IMG/VR virus record: IMGVR_UViG_3300030333_005141
Span: 1-52,441 of that record
Reading direction: 5' to 3' (one strand)
DNA from: a virus
Lineage: Duplodnaviria > Caudoviricetes
Length of the DNA stretch: 52,441 bases
Shown here: positions 23,601-30,531 of the stretch, one piece after another
Layout: each line of letters opens with the position of its first letter
Position numbering within the stretch: position 1 is the first letter of the stretch
Notes under the pieces: model-generated
The model's database searches: none
What the model saw: the letters and a program-made list of their open reading frames with translations, nothing else
Told to the model about the DNA's origin: nothing
Program-made: the position numbers and the translations under genes

Positions 23601-25096
23601 TTGATGCTTATTTTAGACAAATGGGGCAAGCGGTATCCACTCACATGTTAGGTCAATTTAAAAATCATTTAAAAAAGATTCATAAAACAGAACCCGAACA
23701 AGTTACTGCTTGGGGTAATTGGATGCAAGATTATATATCTAGAAGTTTAGGTTCTCCTTCTAAAATACCTGAAGCTTGGATGGACCCAAATAGTCCTATG
23801 AAAGTTAGAGGTACTCCTTATTCTTGGTTTGCTGATAATCACGTAGCAGATCTTCTTAATAGAGTTAAAAAGAATATGGGCTTTAAAGGTGATGAAAGAT
23901 TACCTGAAGAATTAAGAGGTATAAATGAATGGGATTTAAGACACTGGTCTAATTTAGAAGCTAAATATCAGCTTGCTACATTACTTGCTCACCCTAAATC
24001 TGCTGTAGCTAATATATTTGGTGGTACATTACATACTATACAATCTGTTGGTTGGAAAAATTGGAAGAATGCTAAGAATATTACTTGGCTTAAAAAAGCA
24101 ATAGGTGGAGATAAAGTTCCAACTTGGGAAACAATGAAAGATGCTGAAAAATGGACTATTGGTCATGGTGTTGTTCCTGACTTTATATTAAATGAGGCTC
24201 AAACTAATCCTATATTTAAAAAAGGAAAATATAAGGCATTTTTAGAAGATGCATTGAAAAAAATACAAAAAGATCCATCTGTTAAAGATGAAACTTTACT
24301 TGATATTGCTAAAAGACACAATATTACTAAAAGCATGTTTGATAAAGCTGCTTGGTTTATGAGAGAGCCTGAAAGAATTTTAAGAAGAGATTCTTTTATT
24401 GCTCATTATTTACAAGCCAGAGAATTGTATGGGCATGCTAATATGGAATTAAATCATCCTATGTTAATTCATATGGCTAAAAAAGGTGTACAAGCAACAC
24501 AGTTCTTATATAGTGCACCGTTCAGACCAGCATTTAGTAATACTTCTCTTGGTAAAGTTATGACAAGATTCCAGACTTGGGCTTGGAACTCTGTTAGATT
24601 TAGAAATGATGTATATAGAGCAGCGAAAATATATGGTTTTAGACAAGGTACTCCTGCTTTTGCAAGATATAAAAGACAAGTTCTTACAGACATGTTTGTA
24701 TTTGGCTTGGCTAATGTATTTGCTTATTCTTTATTTGAATCTGCAATGCCTCAACCTTATGGTTGGTTTCAAGATACTGCAGATTGGGTATTCGGAAACG
24801 AACAAGAAAGAGATAGAGCATTCTTTGGGCAGTGGCCAACCGCAGTAGCTCCGCTCCAAATGGTTACTCCGCCATCTTTGCGATTGGTCCCTGCCACATT
24901 CAATGCTGTATTAAATAATGATTTTAGTAGAATCAGTGATTACCAATTATGGACAATGTTTCCTTTTGGAAGATTAGCTAGAGATACTAAAGGTATTATT
25001 GAAAACCCAATGAGAACTGTTGAAAAGACAACTGGTATACCTTATATGCAATTTGCCCGAGAAGCTACCAAATACAGAGAAAAAGATGAAGATTAG
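14696..25096 (+). CDS. Giant virion protein containing a single-chain two-barrel (DPBB) DNA-dependent RNA polymerase
   Basis: 3466 aa; R1660-V-P then G1696GADLDGDK (metal-binding DxDGD loop); upstream T1238-D-G and downstream lysines fit the second barrel; last gene of the ejection cluster. Confidence 0.8.
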   Translation: MRDLQDLSSVVPEFKPFYNQDSTERLLNTYYQAPHLINDDLLSQIKDHAAHYNIPFEEERVQKDLGKQEFNLLRGIRQMGEGFFSGFTTFNVGEPSKNPYERIMRSVGELGGFVGYFPTAPLKALTAAKVLKSTALLDAARALRGNSVPLFLSRKATEKVAPIVSNTLKKAAPNIKNEAVQGAVKFMTDDKPSHIAEGAFNLGLASSISAWQLGVNEMLKAGLHGGVTGGVFRGVAEIFNKGGIPKTDILTGKQVLTASQKEDKILRAAASSLYDGLQSSYRGDTTPEQIYHYLLGAYFGANETTAGQAKYMKHVQKVEKKAASNAKALKRLDEDGKPYNWDTEIYDPELADPEGWKDLTKTEQEAVYDYILANHGTYGKQAMMTHRLMQEAGLEPNAEQLKLMGSNSKERYELDVAMNRINKKFETQKTADRAESIGRKFKVVPEAELTEDYIKNQGDRGYKKGKQQLVIQERSLVNIRTSKDRGPTNEDAAIPLKGAEIEKYNQSVNLDFPLFENELGTSVKYDAKSKKVIDDGSQAKAEFPLEFADKDINVEYKGKDNKVIKRDFKDWSPELYKIKEQVEEATGYNFDLARIDILDKDDYTKWEQENDPIFQRTDKRGPVQATVLIGEGRPLNLRHKDGNRNQIELNPGDIFLSKGVTNDNIKFKFDKSKKAGRTYRITFKRVKAKETPRALGEGQVLSDNILKLYTKGMSDDFLNFNKKAINTAFKVMEEKFPDSTVVAPENLGLHLKDTAPETYAYLMQKIQKLRAPVEKARQQLVQEDILDADFDKPDLDNDIGVMGEAVIQRKTNKFVSDYLSGQYEGIVDKTKRSLKIQELRGQLKDVLKENFKEFDINNSNKIDSDKFIADVEKKLGGIKFGEEARGDLRQLLMRQNQTKPLQKLSLNIDAKPSGIVKSGDTIIIGIQNPDGIYSKRNKAGVDEFQLESPKQIDHIWKEIAPKGEANDNVYMVADKVIFVTKKGGREIELQDINKRTNYTGSARWDDAAAAKEGSKIKSMLLEEAHNRGYYFNGGKGDSGKMYFFKYHPSSQGLTAPQLKTKVDGVLIEYYEGLKQRHIDSGSEKPYMSFKQFQDQYNAMKKEFVAEHQLNPALKFSTGRIKEAEKYFDEGFLSNIAWEAELYGVSATNEGFARWTGYNSSIKDAKGFNKRNQIWMTDGFEVDKSFYVNTVSNIMKNKGHDNARTIADGKLRFRLIRDADPKDIVLTDKDKAEIYTESTDGMILLEENHMDALNLSMGMPSSGQNKSFIVDRDPTHGAFLGKFMFHKASPEASKHMRDEGVEMYVFDSAAKEKGSREFGELKVDDNLNAKYTHPTPKEVGPLFEGSGKGYYELNIDAIKGSLSEKQSSHMLDAQLIPKQVMANLVPHAQSEIDRAVMDDFFNETIGKKYKGNEQYNESFKKALEKDVLSETEQAEFLSNFNDLGVMEVIDAIKNPNHPEFVTKLYQKILDKNMSDLGLEYESGQVDRYTYEQAHAEAANIRTGIDRMMDVYPSVEIFLYKDVRNFIQTAMKNFVVNKVIRPKWDYSVSVRMRGLDPWLAKQDNLKDLNIGKGLIEDPITGKKVQSKTYLRNKYGVENADELFFLDDRYKQTTWDISEFITLKKGQKSKMTLEEIWEQYGPRRDGTYPSERMKEFFKTISIRVPMDSISGAHKLTFAGFTGVDGHGGIFHPRTMRALGGADLDGDKAFAFFGMKPEWKEMYHSNKMEFAKKVPGTNDFTISDNKTAGVPKIGLDILKETFAADPSKAADMFIMDKLEGKNTEELTLQDLLTFTTAGDKDVMALKASPLGKYTVSSRMDISQRAAEGRAHLGPAVSSKQILNAMYNALTNNDVQRYVNKKSNSDSISAEEFVKLSEKEQQKYKEDYSEELTFIPEGHQEPVQIRITPREDLTYARELQRAQIAFGSDPLDELGLSGIDRYFDLSWHSMFKTEIVGADPKTVDPNILRSFEPHKHAKQGLYKIFKDFNSAYFSKNWVDGRRWHATEIAEMSRAITKLNSNQMDTMLPQMVKILKDIDFSDDISSRISLNKLDASYDYHQKEVVPRLQELNNRLLDVDGNKISGGVLGRGYLDAKGVDWSKGKGFASPKNPIIDVMLSKKLFDVNERLKYILPEHNGAVNFEKLFKDNFKKTKDFYWQANPSFYKSEILKNGGVEKYNEYRRHEQDFRREQIEQLYRDATEFMQYNAMDRNSALRTIEALEEYYNAGGSAEFAERISKEVEYIKQVDMESKVRSIKEEVLNSDEYKSLSEKEQRKVYNTLEVKEKTSGLSDRDEINLLIRKFKYANSWKAKFEPNMQDPENPGMMTLAESKLFDTLMLSSYYRGPGNQQLVQWQKLPANMKKLLSPYIKTLKYENSGTYFHKTGLSSAYITDASIKNFLEGYANEFRKVYTDPSESIDVDFKKVLTTKEKETKDGVEVPKLLYEEDYVGMGTLREKAVAKLNKDEIQLVDELAGHIQHYRDSFNEGGLTLNKIARKVVKKNVDAMTIDDYRVLNGYFRQMRSGNMFISPGKLTAEGAVRLSERHHMLFPRMVSDEQIVKDFKLFEERGLFQNYNGEWVEGMTGRPSHFIEHTQYAIGTIQDYATKLKEDEIKAFNERVSELTGYDTIENGDAFIEVATALKDYNYVRDPKTTFRSENDRSVATEVAVKNLKEAYEKADWENVKDTKIKVTVKAEPGPKGQEMGGIIERTGKEIVASIDKVLTERSIEVMKWIKGDHWEYINGQWVEGNNPLKKLFKKDKEGNILYHGDSNEVPIIDMQKFSRLMFDHMKAGKQMDMKLGMDNMRYINRNLRIEILKEEAQRPEFTEKQKNGILKIIKNLSDRPIESTGVIDHKNYHPHMVENKTFARESLVKQLNKLIEKRDKGEVDADIFDKEAASLIHRHKTLTGEWYIDDIVDNQLFETALQKINEKKMDAPEIKQMLSSPTTGNMMSRTSMLAGFKRDLGAWDVYQANLIDAYFRQMGQAVSTHMLGQFKNHLKKIHKTEPEQVTAWGNWMQDYISRSLGSPSKIPEAWMDPNSPMKVRGTPYSWFADNHVADLLNRVKKNMGFKGDERLPEELRGINEWDLRHWSNLEAKYQLATLLAHPKSAVANIFGGTLHTIQSVGWKNWKNAKNITWLKKAIGGDKVPTWETMKDAEKWTIGHGVVPDFILNEAQTNPIFKKGKYKAFLEDALKKIQKDPSVKDETLLDIAKRHNITKSMFDKAAWFMREPERILRRDSFIAHYLQARELYGHANMELNHPMLIHMAKKGVQATQFLYSAPFRPAFSNTSLGKVMTRFQTWAWNSVRFRNDVYRAAKIYGFRQGTPAFARYKRQVLTDMFVFGLANVFAYSLFESAMPQPYGWFQDTADWVFGNEQERDRAFFGQWPTAVAPLQMVTPPSLRLVPATFNAVLNNDFSRISDYQLWTMFPFGRLARDTKGIIENPMRTVEKTTGIPYMQFAREATKYREKDED

Positions 25097-25322
25097 GTAT
25101 CTACCCTTCTATTGCGAAGAAATGGAGAATTATCACATTATTCGCACTAAGTCATTTAAAACCAAAAAAAAAGTTTTAACCAAAAAACTGCACAAAGTCA
25201 CGTATAAGTTTTATAAATAACCAGAAAGTTTTTAGATATTCTTAAAAGGTTGTTGAATCTTGGAGGTGCAATAAGACCTATATAGAATTTTTTATCTTTC
25301 TGGTTTACTTGAGGTTAGTATA

Positions 25323-25343
25323 GGGGGAAATTAATCCCCCTTT
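25323..25343. terminator. Hairpin at the convergence of the two transcription arms, probable terminator
   Basis: GGGGGA-aattaa-TCCCCC followed by TTT, between convergent gene blocks. Confidence 0.55.
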
Positions 25344-25406
25344 ACTGTAAGGCTTAGGTCCCTGTAGGTTCGGCTAATTTAAGATTGGTTCACCTTTACT
25401 AGGTTG

Positions 25407-25658
25407 TTAAGTGATTTGCTGTTGAATAACCATTCTAAACTTGCCAAATTCAAGAGTTATTTCATCGACTCCCCATCGTATCTGTCTAACAGTTACGTTT
25501 TCTGGAACCGTTTCTAAACTCTCTTCCATTGCCTTTAATATACTCTGTCCGAAGACAAATTTCCAAGCAATTTCTCCCATTTGCTCTTCATCTTGCCTTT
25601 GAAAACTGTCTCCAATATATTCTTTAGCATGTTGGCTAGGCGTTTTTTCCATTGTCAC
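25407..25658 (-). CDS. Hypothetical protein
   Basis: 83-aa ORF overlapping the upstream gene end, GAGG upstream. Confidence 0.6.
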   Translation of the reverse strand: MTMEKTPSQHAKEYIGDSFQRQDEEQMGEIAWKFVFGQSILKAMEESLETVPENVTVRQIRWGVDEITLEFGKFRMVIQQQIT

Positions 25659-26118
25659 TTTCAGCCTCCTCTTCTAACTTTAACATCTTACTTGCTCTTT
25701 CTTCTATTGTAGGCTCATTAACGGACCATTCACTTTTTATCTTAGTTTTAGATAATTGTCGTTCTGCACTAACTTGTTCATCGATTTCTTGTCTTTCAAG
25801 CATCTTAACAAGTTCTTCTTCATGATCTATCATGCCCCATAATAGTGTAAGATATACTATTACATCAACGATTCGACCTCTTACATCCTCTCGTTGACTT
25901 TGATGTCCTTTTACATATGATTGTATTCCATCTATATGTTTTAAGAGATAAGTCATTAATATTTGTTCTGGACTTAACCCTTGTAGTTCTGCTATTCTAT
26001 CAAAATTAGCAAAAACATTTTGTTTGTTTTGAGCATATTCTTCTTGACCTTGTAATCTTACTGTTCTTACCTGATCAAATATATCCTCAACTAGTTCTGT
26101 ATGAAGTTTTAAGTTCAT
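25636..26118 (-). CDS. All-alpha NTP pyrophosphohydrolase-like protein (DUF1599/Nmad1, MazG-like fold)
   Basis: EYA...NVFANF...YLLKH...EDVRGRIVDVIVYLTLL pattern of this phage family. Confidence 0.6.
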   Translation of the reverse strand: MNLKLHTELVEDIFDQVRTVRLQGQEEYAQNKQNVFANFDRIAELQGLSPEQILMTYLLKHIDGIQSYVKGHQSQREDVRGRIVDVIVYLTLLWGMIDHEEELVKMLERQEIDEQVSAERQLSKTKIKSEWSVNEPTIEERASKMLKLEEEAESDNGKNA

Positions 26119-26333
26119 TCTGGGCTCCTTTTATAGAGTATTGATGCGTATACATAATTATGCACCCACCAACATCTACCATTATCTGAAACATCCATAG
26201 CAGCCTGTTTTGCTCTTTGAGAAAAGCTTAAATGTCTATACTTTTTAGCTACAGTGTAATGTTTGCTTTTTTTATTGTTTTCTTTTTTCGCTATTGAGCG
26301 TTCTTTTGCAGATAAATCCACATAGTTTGCCAT
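26115..26333 (-). CDS. Hypothetical basic protein
   Basis: AAGGAG SD; 4-nt overlap with the next gene. Confidence 0.6.
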   Translation of the reverse strand: MANYVDLSAKERSIAKKENNKKSKHYTVAKKYRHLSFSQRAKQAAMDVSDNGRCWWVHNYVYASILYKRSPE

Positions 26334-26346
26334 GTATTACTCCTTT

Positions 26347-26667
26347 CTAAAAAGGTAAGTCTTCGTCTTTTACCTTCGTAATAGCATCTTCTAGTGATAA
26401 TCCCTGGTCCCTTAGTTTAAACAGCTCTTTGATTTGATCCCAATCCATTTCATGATATATTTCTTTATCTAATTGCTCTTCGTGAGCAGATAATGCAAAA
26501 AACATATTGTTTTGTTTTGGGTTATACCACCCTGCAAGACTAATTCGTGCTGTAGCAGGTATTGTTTTAGGTATTTCAATACTTCCCCTAAAATGTGGTT
26601 GTCTGTTTTCTTCTGTTGCGTCTTCATTTTTAATTAATTTAACGCTTCCTAGTTTTATATATGGCAT
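26347..26667 (-). CDS. Putative ssDNA-binding protein (DUF736-like) with SSB-type acidic tail
   Basis: KNE...QPHFRGSI...ISLAGW...FFALS beta pattern; C-terminus DEDLPF resembles the bacterial SSB tail DDDIPF. Confidence 0.55.
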   Translation of the reverse strand: MPYIKLGSVKLIKNEDATEENRQPHFRGSIEIPKTIPATARISLAGWYNPKQNNMFFALSAHEEQLDKEIYHEMDWDQIKELFKLRDQGLSLEDAITKVKDEDLPF

Positions 26668-26693
26668 AAGGACCTCTATTTGTTATGAGTTAA

Positions 26694-26707
26694 GGGGCTT
26701 TCGCCCC
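26694..26707 (-). promoter_or_regulatory. GC-rich GNRA-tetraloop hairpin (terminator or mRNA-stabilising element)
   Basis: Minus strand GGGGC-GAAA-GCCCC between two genes; only a short U run follows. Confidence 0.5.
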
Positions 26708-26720
26708 CTAAATCTACTTA

Positions 26721-26891
26721 TTATTTTATTACTCCGCAAGCCTCAATAAACTTATTATAATCGAATCTATTATTAGCAATTTTAAAATCTTCTGCTAATT
26801 CAGATGCAAGTTTAGCTATCGCTTCTGGATGTTTTGGTTGATGTTTTTTTATTGTTTTCGCTATCATTACGAAATATTTTTTTGTTAACAT
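26721..26891 (-). CDS. Small phage protein (56 aa, not in ORF track)
   Basis: GGAG SD; MLTKKYFVMIA...LAEDFKIANNRFDYNKFIEACG resembles a recurrent small phage family (N.RFD..KF..ACG). Confidence 0.7.
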   Translation of the reverse strand: MLTKKYFVMIAKTIKKHQPKHPEAIAKLASELAEDFKIANNRFDYNKFIEACGVIK

Positions 26892-26934
26892 TAGATACTC
26901 CCTTAATCTCCTCTAACTGAGGTAATTTAGAATC

Positions 26935-27021
26935 TCAACCATCTGAGTATCCACAATGTGGACATCCAAAGTTACAAGCCATGGCTGAAATATATTTATT
27001 GCAATTTAAACATTTGGTCAT
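26935..27021 (-). CDS. Zinc-finger microprotein (28 aa, not in ORF track)
   Basis: MTKCLNCNKYISAMACNFGCPHCGYSDG: CxxC...CPxCG. Confidence 0.6.
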   Translation of the reverse strand: MTKCLNCNKYISAMACNFGCPHCGYSDG

Positions 27022-27029
27022 TTGATACT

Positions 27030-27245
27030 TCATGCACCAATCCTTTTTAAAGCAGTGTCTAATACAGGTTTAATATCGTCTGGCAAAGACTCAAAATGAG
27101 CTGCCATTAAATCGTATGCTTGATACCATTTAAGTGATGTTGCTGTTAGCCTCATTACTTCTTGTTGCAAGAGCTCTACTTGCCTCTCTAGCTGCTTTCT
27201 TGACATCTGACTTAATTGTTTCTTGGTGATTCTGTTTTCTGGCAT
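27030..27245 (-). CDS. Hypothetical coiled-coil protein
   Basis: ATG 27245 (MPENRI) has a GAGGAG SD; preferred to the track start at 27329. Confidence 0.55.
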   Translation of the reverse strand: MPENRITKKQLSQMSRKQLERQVELLQQEVMRLTATSLKWYQAYDLMAAHFESLPDDIKPVLDTALKRIGA

Positions 27246-27501
27246 AGTTTTCTCCTCTAGTTTCAGGATAATGCTGTTGACATTTCCTTCTAGATCTTGA
27301 TATATTAAATGGGGATGAAATTTTTCCATCTTTCCATAATCTCATTAAATTTCTAGCTGATAATGTTTTTATATTAACTGAAGGTTTGAGCGCAGCTAAT
27401 TGCCACGCCCAAATTGCCCAAATTAAATCTACATCACTATCTGCTAGTTTAGGTTTTGCTATTATAAAACCTTTTACTTGATTTACCATATTAACTCTCA
27501 A
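27130..27501 (-). CDS. Hypothetical phage protein, possible DNA-binding
   Basis: P.LADSD..LI...W...SRSRRKCQ..YP..RG..Y pattern recalled from phage hypotheticals. Confidence 0.65.
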   Translation of the reverse strand: MRVNMVNQVKGFIIAKPKLADSDVDLIWAIWAWQLAALKPSVNIKTLSARNLMRLWKDGKISSPFNISRSRRKCQQHYPETRGENYARKQNHQETIKSDVKKAAREASRALATRSNEANSNIT

Positions 27502-27973
27502 AGTTGTCTCCCTTCGCTAGTTTTCTTAATATATAGCTTTTTGCGTTCACACTTTGTGTGTCAAGGTAGTTTAACAGATTAGTATATTCTTTATCCGTTA
27601 GGTGTCCTTTCCTTGTGTTACATCGTCTACATATTATAGTAAGGTTTTTAGGAGTAGAGTCACCGCCAAGACTGAGAGGATACATATGGTCGCAAACAAT
27701 GTTAGATACAACAAGCGTATCAGTACAATACCTGCATTGCTTACCATAAAATCTAAGAAATAAATTTCTAATCTCTTCCAGGCTGATGTTAAATTCAACT
27801 TCATACTCTTTACTCCGTTTCTTTAGTGATGATTTTAATGTAGAAGTTTTCTTCATAAGTCTATGGAAAATCTTTTTGGCATGTGTGCCATGGTGCTTTT
27901 GTAGCAACTTTATAAACTGATCTTCCCAATATCTTACTCGTCCTCTTCTAACTATATTCTTTTTATAAGCCAT
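27491..27973 (-). CDS. HNH endonuclease
   Basis: CRYC...DHMYPLSLGG...NLTIICRRCNTRKG. Confidence 0.9.
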   Translation of the reverse strand: MAYKKNIVRRGRVRYWEDQFIKLLQKHHGTHAKKIFHRLMKKTSTLKSSLKKRSKEYEVEFNISLEEIRNLFLRFYGKQCRYCTDTLVVSNIVCDHMYPLSLGGDSTPKNLTIICRRCNTRKGHLTDKEYTNLLNYLDTQSVNAKSYILRKLAKGDNFES

Positions 27974-27981
27974 TTATGCTC

Positions 27982-28137
27982 CTACATTACAGCAAAAGTA
28001 AGCATCATATGTAATTTAAATAGCTTAAAAGTTAATGTGACACTATTATCTTGCCCATAAGTAAGTCCAAAGCCTATTAAAGATAATAATACAACTAAAA
28101 AGCCATTTTCACTTTTTTGTATTTCTATAATAGACAT
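27982..28137 (-). CDS. Small hydrophobic protein (51 aa, not in ORF track)
   Basis: ATG overlaps the upstream TAA, AGGAGG upstream; MSIIEIQKSENGFLVVLLSLIGFGLTYG... Confidence 0.55.
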   Translation of the reverse strand: MSIIEIQKSENGFLVVLLSLIGFGLTYGQDNSVTLTFKLFKLHMMLTFAVM

Positions 28138-28721
28138 TAAGACCTCCTTATTCGTTTAACTTTTTCTAATTTAAAACCTGTAATACCTAAACCATCTTTT
28201 GAAGCTTCTAGAAAGTCTCTTCTGGCTTTCTTTTTGTCTATTTCGACTTTATATCTCTTATAATTATCGCTAATAGATTCTTCATCTGTTATAACTATAG
28301 GTCCCCAAGTTTCATATACTTTATAACGTGCAGTATCTGTAATTAAAATCCCGTCATTACCGCAAGTTTCTACAATAAGTGGTATCAACTCTTTATTAAA
28401 GTAATCTTCTGTTCTAGAAATAGCGTTTTTTCTGTTTCTTAAACGCTTTATTTCATCAGTTAATGCTTTAATTTCTGCATCAATATTACCTTTTTTCTTG
28501 TTCATTTCTACAATCATATGATCAAGACCACTTACTTTAGTTGTAAGTTCATTTTTTATTTCAGCTATACCTTTTTCTATACGTTTTTCTTCCTCTTCCC
28601 ATTCGTTATCCTGTTCTATTGAACATTCAATTGAATTACGTTTTAAATCAAGGTCGTCTTTTTCTAACTGAAGTTCTATCAATGATCCAACCAGATCTCT
28701 TGATGTTAGCTTAGTAGCCAT
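28137..28721 (-). CDS. Siphovirus Gp157-like / Mu Gam-like coiled-coil protein
   Basis: ATG 28721 with GGAGG SD; EIKRLRNRK coiled coil and C-terminal V.I.DE..I...Y.....IDKK...G..I.G..L pattern; recombination-module context. Confidence 0.7.
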   Translation of the reverse strand: MATKLTSRDLVGSLIELQLEKDDLDLKRNSIECSIEQDNEWEEEEKRIEKGIAEIKNELTTKVSGLDHMIVEMNKKKGNIDAEIKALTDEIKRLRNRKNAISRTEDYFNKELIPLIVETCGNDGILITDTARYKVYETWGPIVITDEESISDNYKRYKVEIDKKKARRDFLEASKDGLGITGFKLEKVKRIRRS

Positions 28722-30531
28722 CTGTCCTCCGTAATCTGAATGAAGGAGTCCATTCAAGTTCTGTCTCAAATAACTCTCCATCTGTGTTTTTAAATAGTTT
28801 GACAGCCTTTTTAGGGCTATCAGCTTGACCGTTTAGTCCAATTACTTTTCTGGATGCATTTTCTATTGCTCCGCTACCTTTACCTGCATATAAATCAAGT
28901 ACTTCGTTTCTACTATAATCTCTACTTACTTGAGATACCTGTATTATAATAAGGTCGTTGTTAACTGCCATGTTGGATAAACCGTGGGATATATATTTTA
29001 TCTGTTCATACTCGCCTCTCACCGATGGAGGAGTATCAACTAAATCAATATAATCAACGATTACCATAGCAGGTTGCAACTCTGTTATTTTTGTCTGTAT
29101 CTGTTCAAGCGTAGGAGCTACAGTTTGAATTGTTATATGCGCAACTTTATCCTTTACTAATGGATAAATACTTTGATAATTGGACGACACATTGTCTTTT
29201 GATTGATTAGATGCAATCTGAAGATTTCTTCTATGCATATACCAACCTGCCAATTCTAAAGATAAATACAACGTTGGGATTTGTAGATTTGTATCAATTC
29301 TATCGTTTAAATGGTCATAACCTAGAGCAATATTTTGTGCTAAGGTTGTTTTGCTTGACCCTGTGGGTCCAAAGATAGTGATTAAATCTCCTGGGTAAAA
29401 TTGACAATCAGCCTCAACACCTAGTGCCTTACCTAAATTGTAACTTTTACCTGTAAAATCTGTTGTTAATCTATCTGTTAACTGTTTTTGTAGTTCTACA
29501 TTATCCATAATATCTACTAAATAGTCTTTTCTTTTATAATGAATACATTTTGGATTACAATGTTCTTTCATTAAATGATCTTGGCATCCGTATTGGTATC
29601 CTTTATTATAAGCATACTCTACTTGAGATACTACTTCCTGTTCATTTAGACTACCGTCATTCCATTCTAATAATGCAGCTTTTGCAGCTCTAGAAGATAT
29701 ACCGCTTCTTCTATAATGAGAAACTATTCTTAATAATGTTGTGTGTCTGCTACCAACTTGTGGTCCAGCGCCATACATTCTTTGAACACATGTTACAACT
29801 TTATTTGGTTCTGATACTTTCCCCATAGGTTTTGATGTAATAGAAGCTTCTACTATATGATCTTCTAATTCTCCATCACCTACTAACTCTTCGTAAGGAA
29901 ATTCAGTTCTTGCTGTCTTTGCTAAATCGTGTATTTGCTGCCAAGTACATTGTACTGCTTCTTTATAAGTAAGTGGTACTTTATATAAGCCAGTTTTCTT
30001 GTTTATTGTATGAGCTACACGATATAGTCCAGTTCTAGTATAAACCATAGGGTCTATTTCTGGAAACAATTTCATCATAGTTTCTTTCATATGAAAAGGT
30101 AAATCTTCACTAGCTGTGAAGTTAAAAACACTATTTGGTATTATTATATGGTAACCAGTTCCTGAAAAATATACTCTGAAGTTTTCTGGACTTAATTCAA
30201 GGTCATTTATTAATTTATAAACTATTCCTTGCATTTTATCAAGAGTAAATTTATCAGTGTTTTGTTCTCTATCAATATCAATCAAAATATTGTCAATAGA
30301 GCGAGGTCCATAATAATGTTTTATAGTGTTTTTAGAATTTCCATAATCATAAGCATCTTCATTATAAAGATACATAGATCTATATAACGGGACACTATTT
30401 ATATGTTTAGCAAGTTCCTGTTTTGGTATAAATACCCCCCGTTTACGAGGGGTATCTATTGCTATTTCTATATAATTATAGATTTTCAACTGAGATACCT
30501 GATGCATCAAAGTTTTCTGAGTCTGTACCAT
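28711..30531 (-). CDS. Primase-helicase: AEP primase/polymerase, primase C-terminal Cys-rich domain, DnaB/RecA-type helicase
   Basis: LIDID and FSGTGYH (AEP motifs I and II); GSRHTTL (PriCT-like); YGC..(H)C...C; Walker A GPTGSSKT, VIVDYI, SQVSR, GSGAIE. The true start may be a TTG near 30490. Confidence 0.85.
   Translation of the reverse strand: MVQTQKTLMHQVSQLKIYNYIEIAIDTPRKRGVFIPKQELAKHINSVPLYRSMYLYNEDAYDYGNSKNTIKHYYGPRSIDNILIDIDREQNTDKFTLDKMQGIVYKLINDLELSPENFRVYFSGTGYHIIIPNSVFNFTASEDLPFHMKETMMKLFPEIDPMVYTRTGLYRVAHTINKKTGLYKVPLTYKEAVQCTWQQIHDLAKTARTEFPYEELVGDGELEDHIVEASITSKPMGKVSEPNKVVTCVQRMYGAGPQVGSRHTTLLRIVSHYRRSGISSRAAKAALLEWNDGSLNEQEVVSQVEYAYNKGYQYGCQDHLMKEHCNPKCIHYKRKDYLVDIMDNVELQKQLTDRLTTDFTGKSYNLGKALGVEADCQFYPGDLITIFGPTGSSKTTLAQNIALGYDHLNDRIDTNLQIPTLYLSLELAGWYMHRRNLQIASNQSKDNVSSNYQSIYPLVKDKVAHITIQTVAPTLEQIQTKITELQPAMVIVDYIDLVDTPPSVRGEYEQIKYISHGLSNMAVNNDLIIIQVSQVSRDYSRNEVLDLYAGKGSGAIENASRKVIGLNGQADSPKKAVKLFKNTDGELFETELEWTPSFRLRRTDGY

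Noticed and set aside
951-24848. Numerous antisense and alternate-frame ORFs in the track within the long + strand genes (e.g. 4581-4961, 14246-14629, 21349-21684, 24606-24848)
   Set aside because: Fully nested in long genes, no SD, and composition typical of shadow frames
14696-25096. N4-like (T7-fold) virion RNA polymerase, suggested by the ~3500-aa size
   Set aside because: I found no convincing T7-type motif set (DxxGR, Rx3Kx7YG, HD); the RxP and DxDGD motifs indicate a two-barrel enzyme
25020-25220. 66-aa ORF after the giant gene
   Set aside because: Overlaps the giant gene end, has no clear SD and is low-complexity Lys-rich; a short version from ATG 25087 cannot be excluded
27491-27973. 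HNH as part of an intron or intein mobile element
   Set aside because: Free-standing with its own SD, flanking genes are not interrupted, and no intein or group I intron signatures were seen in terL, the helicase or the RNAP
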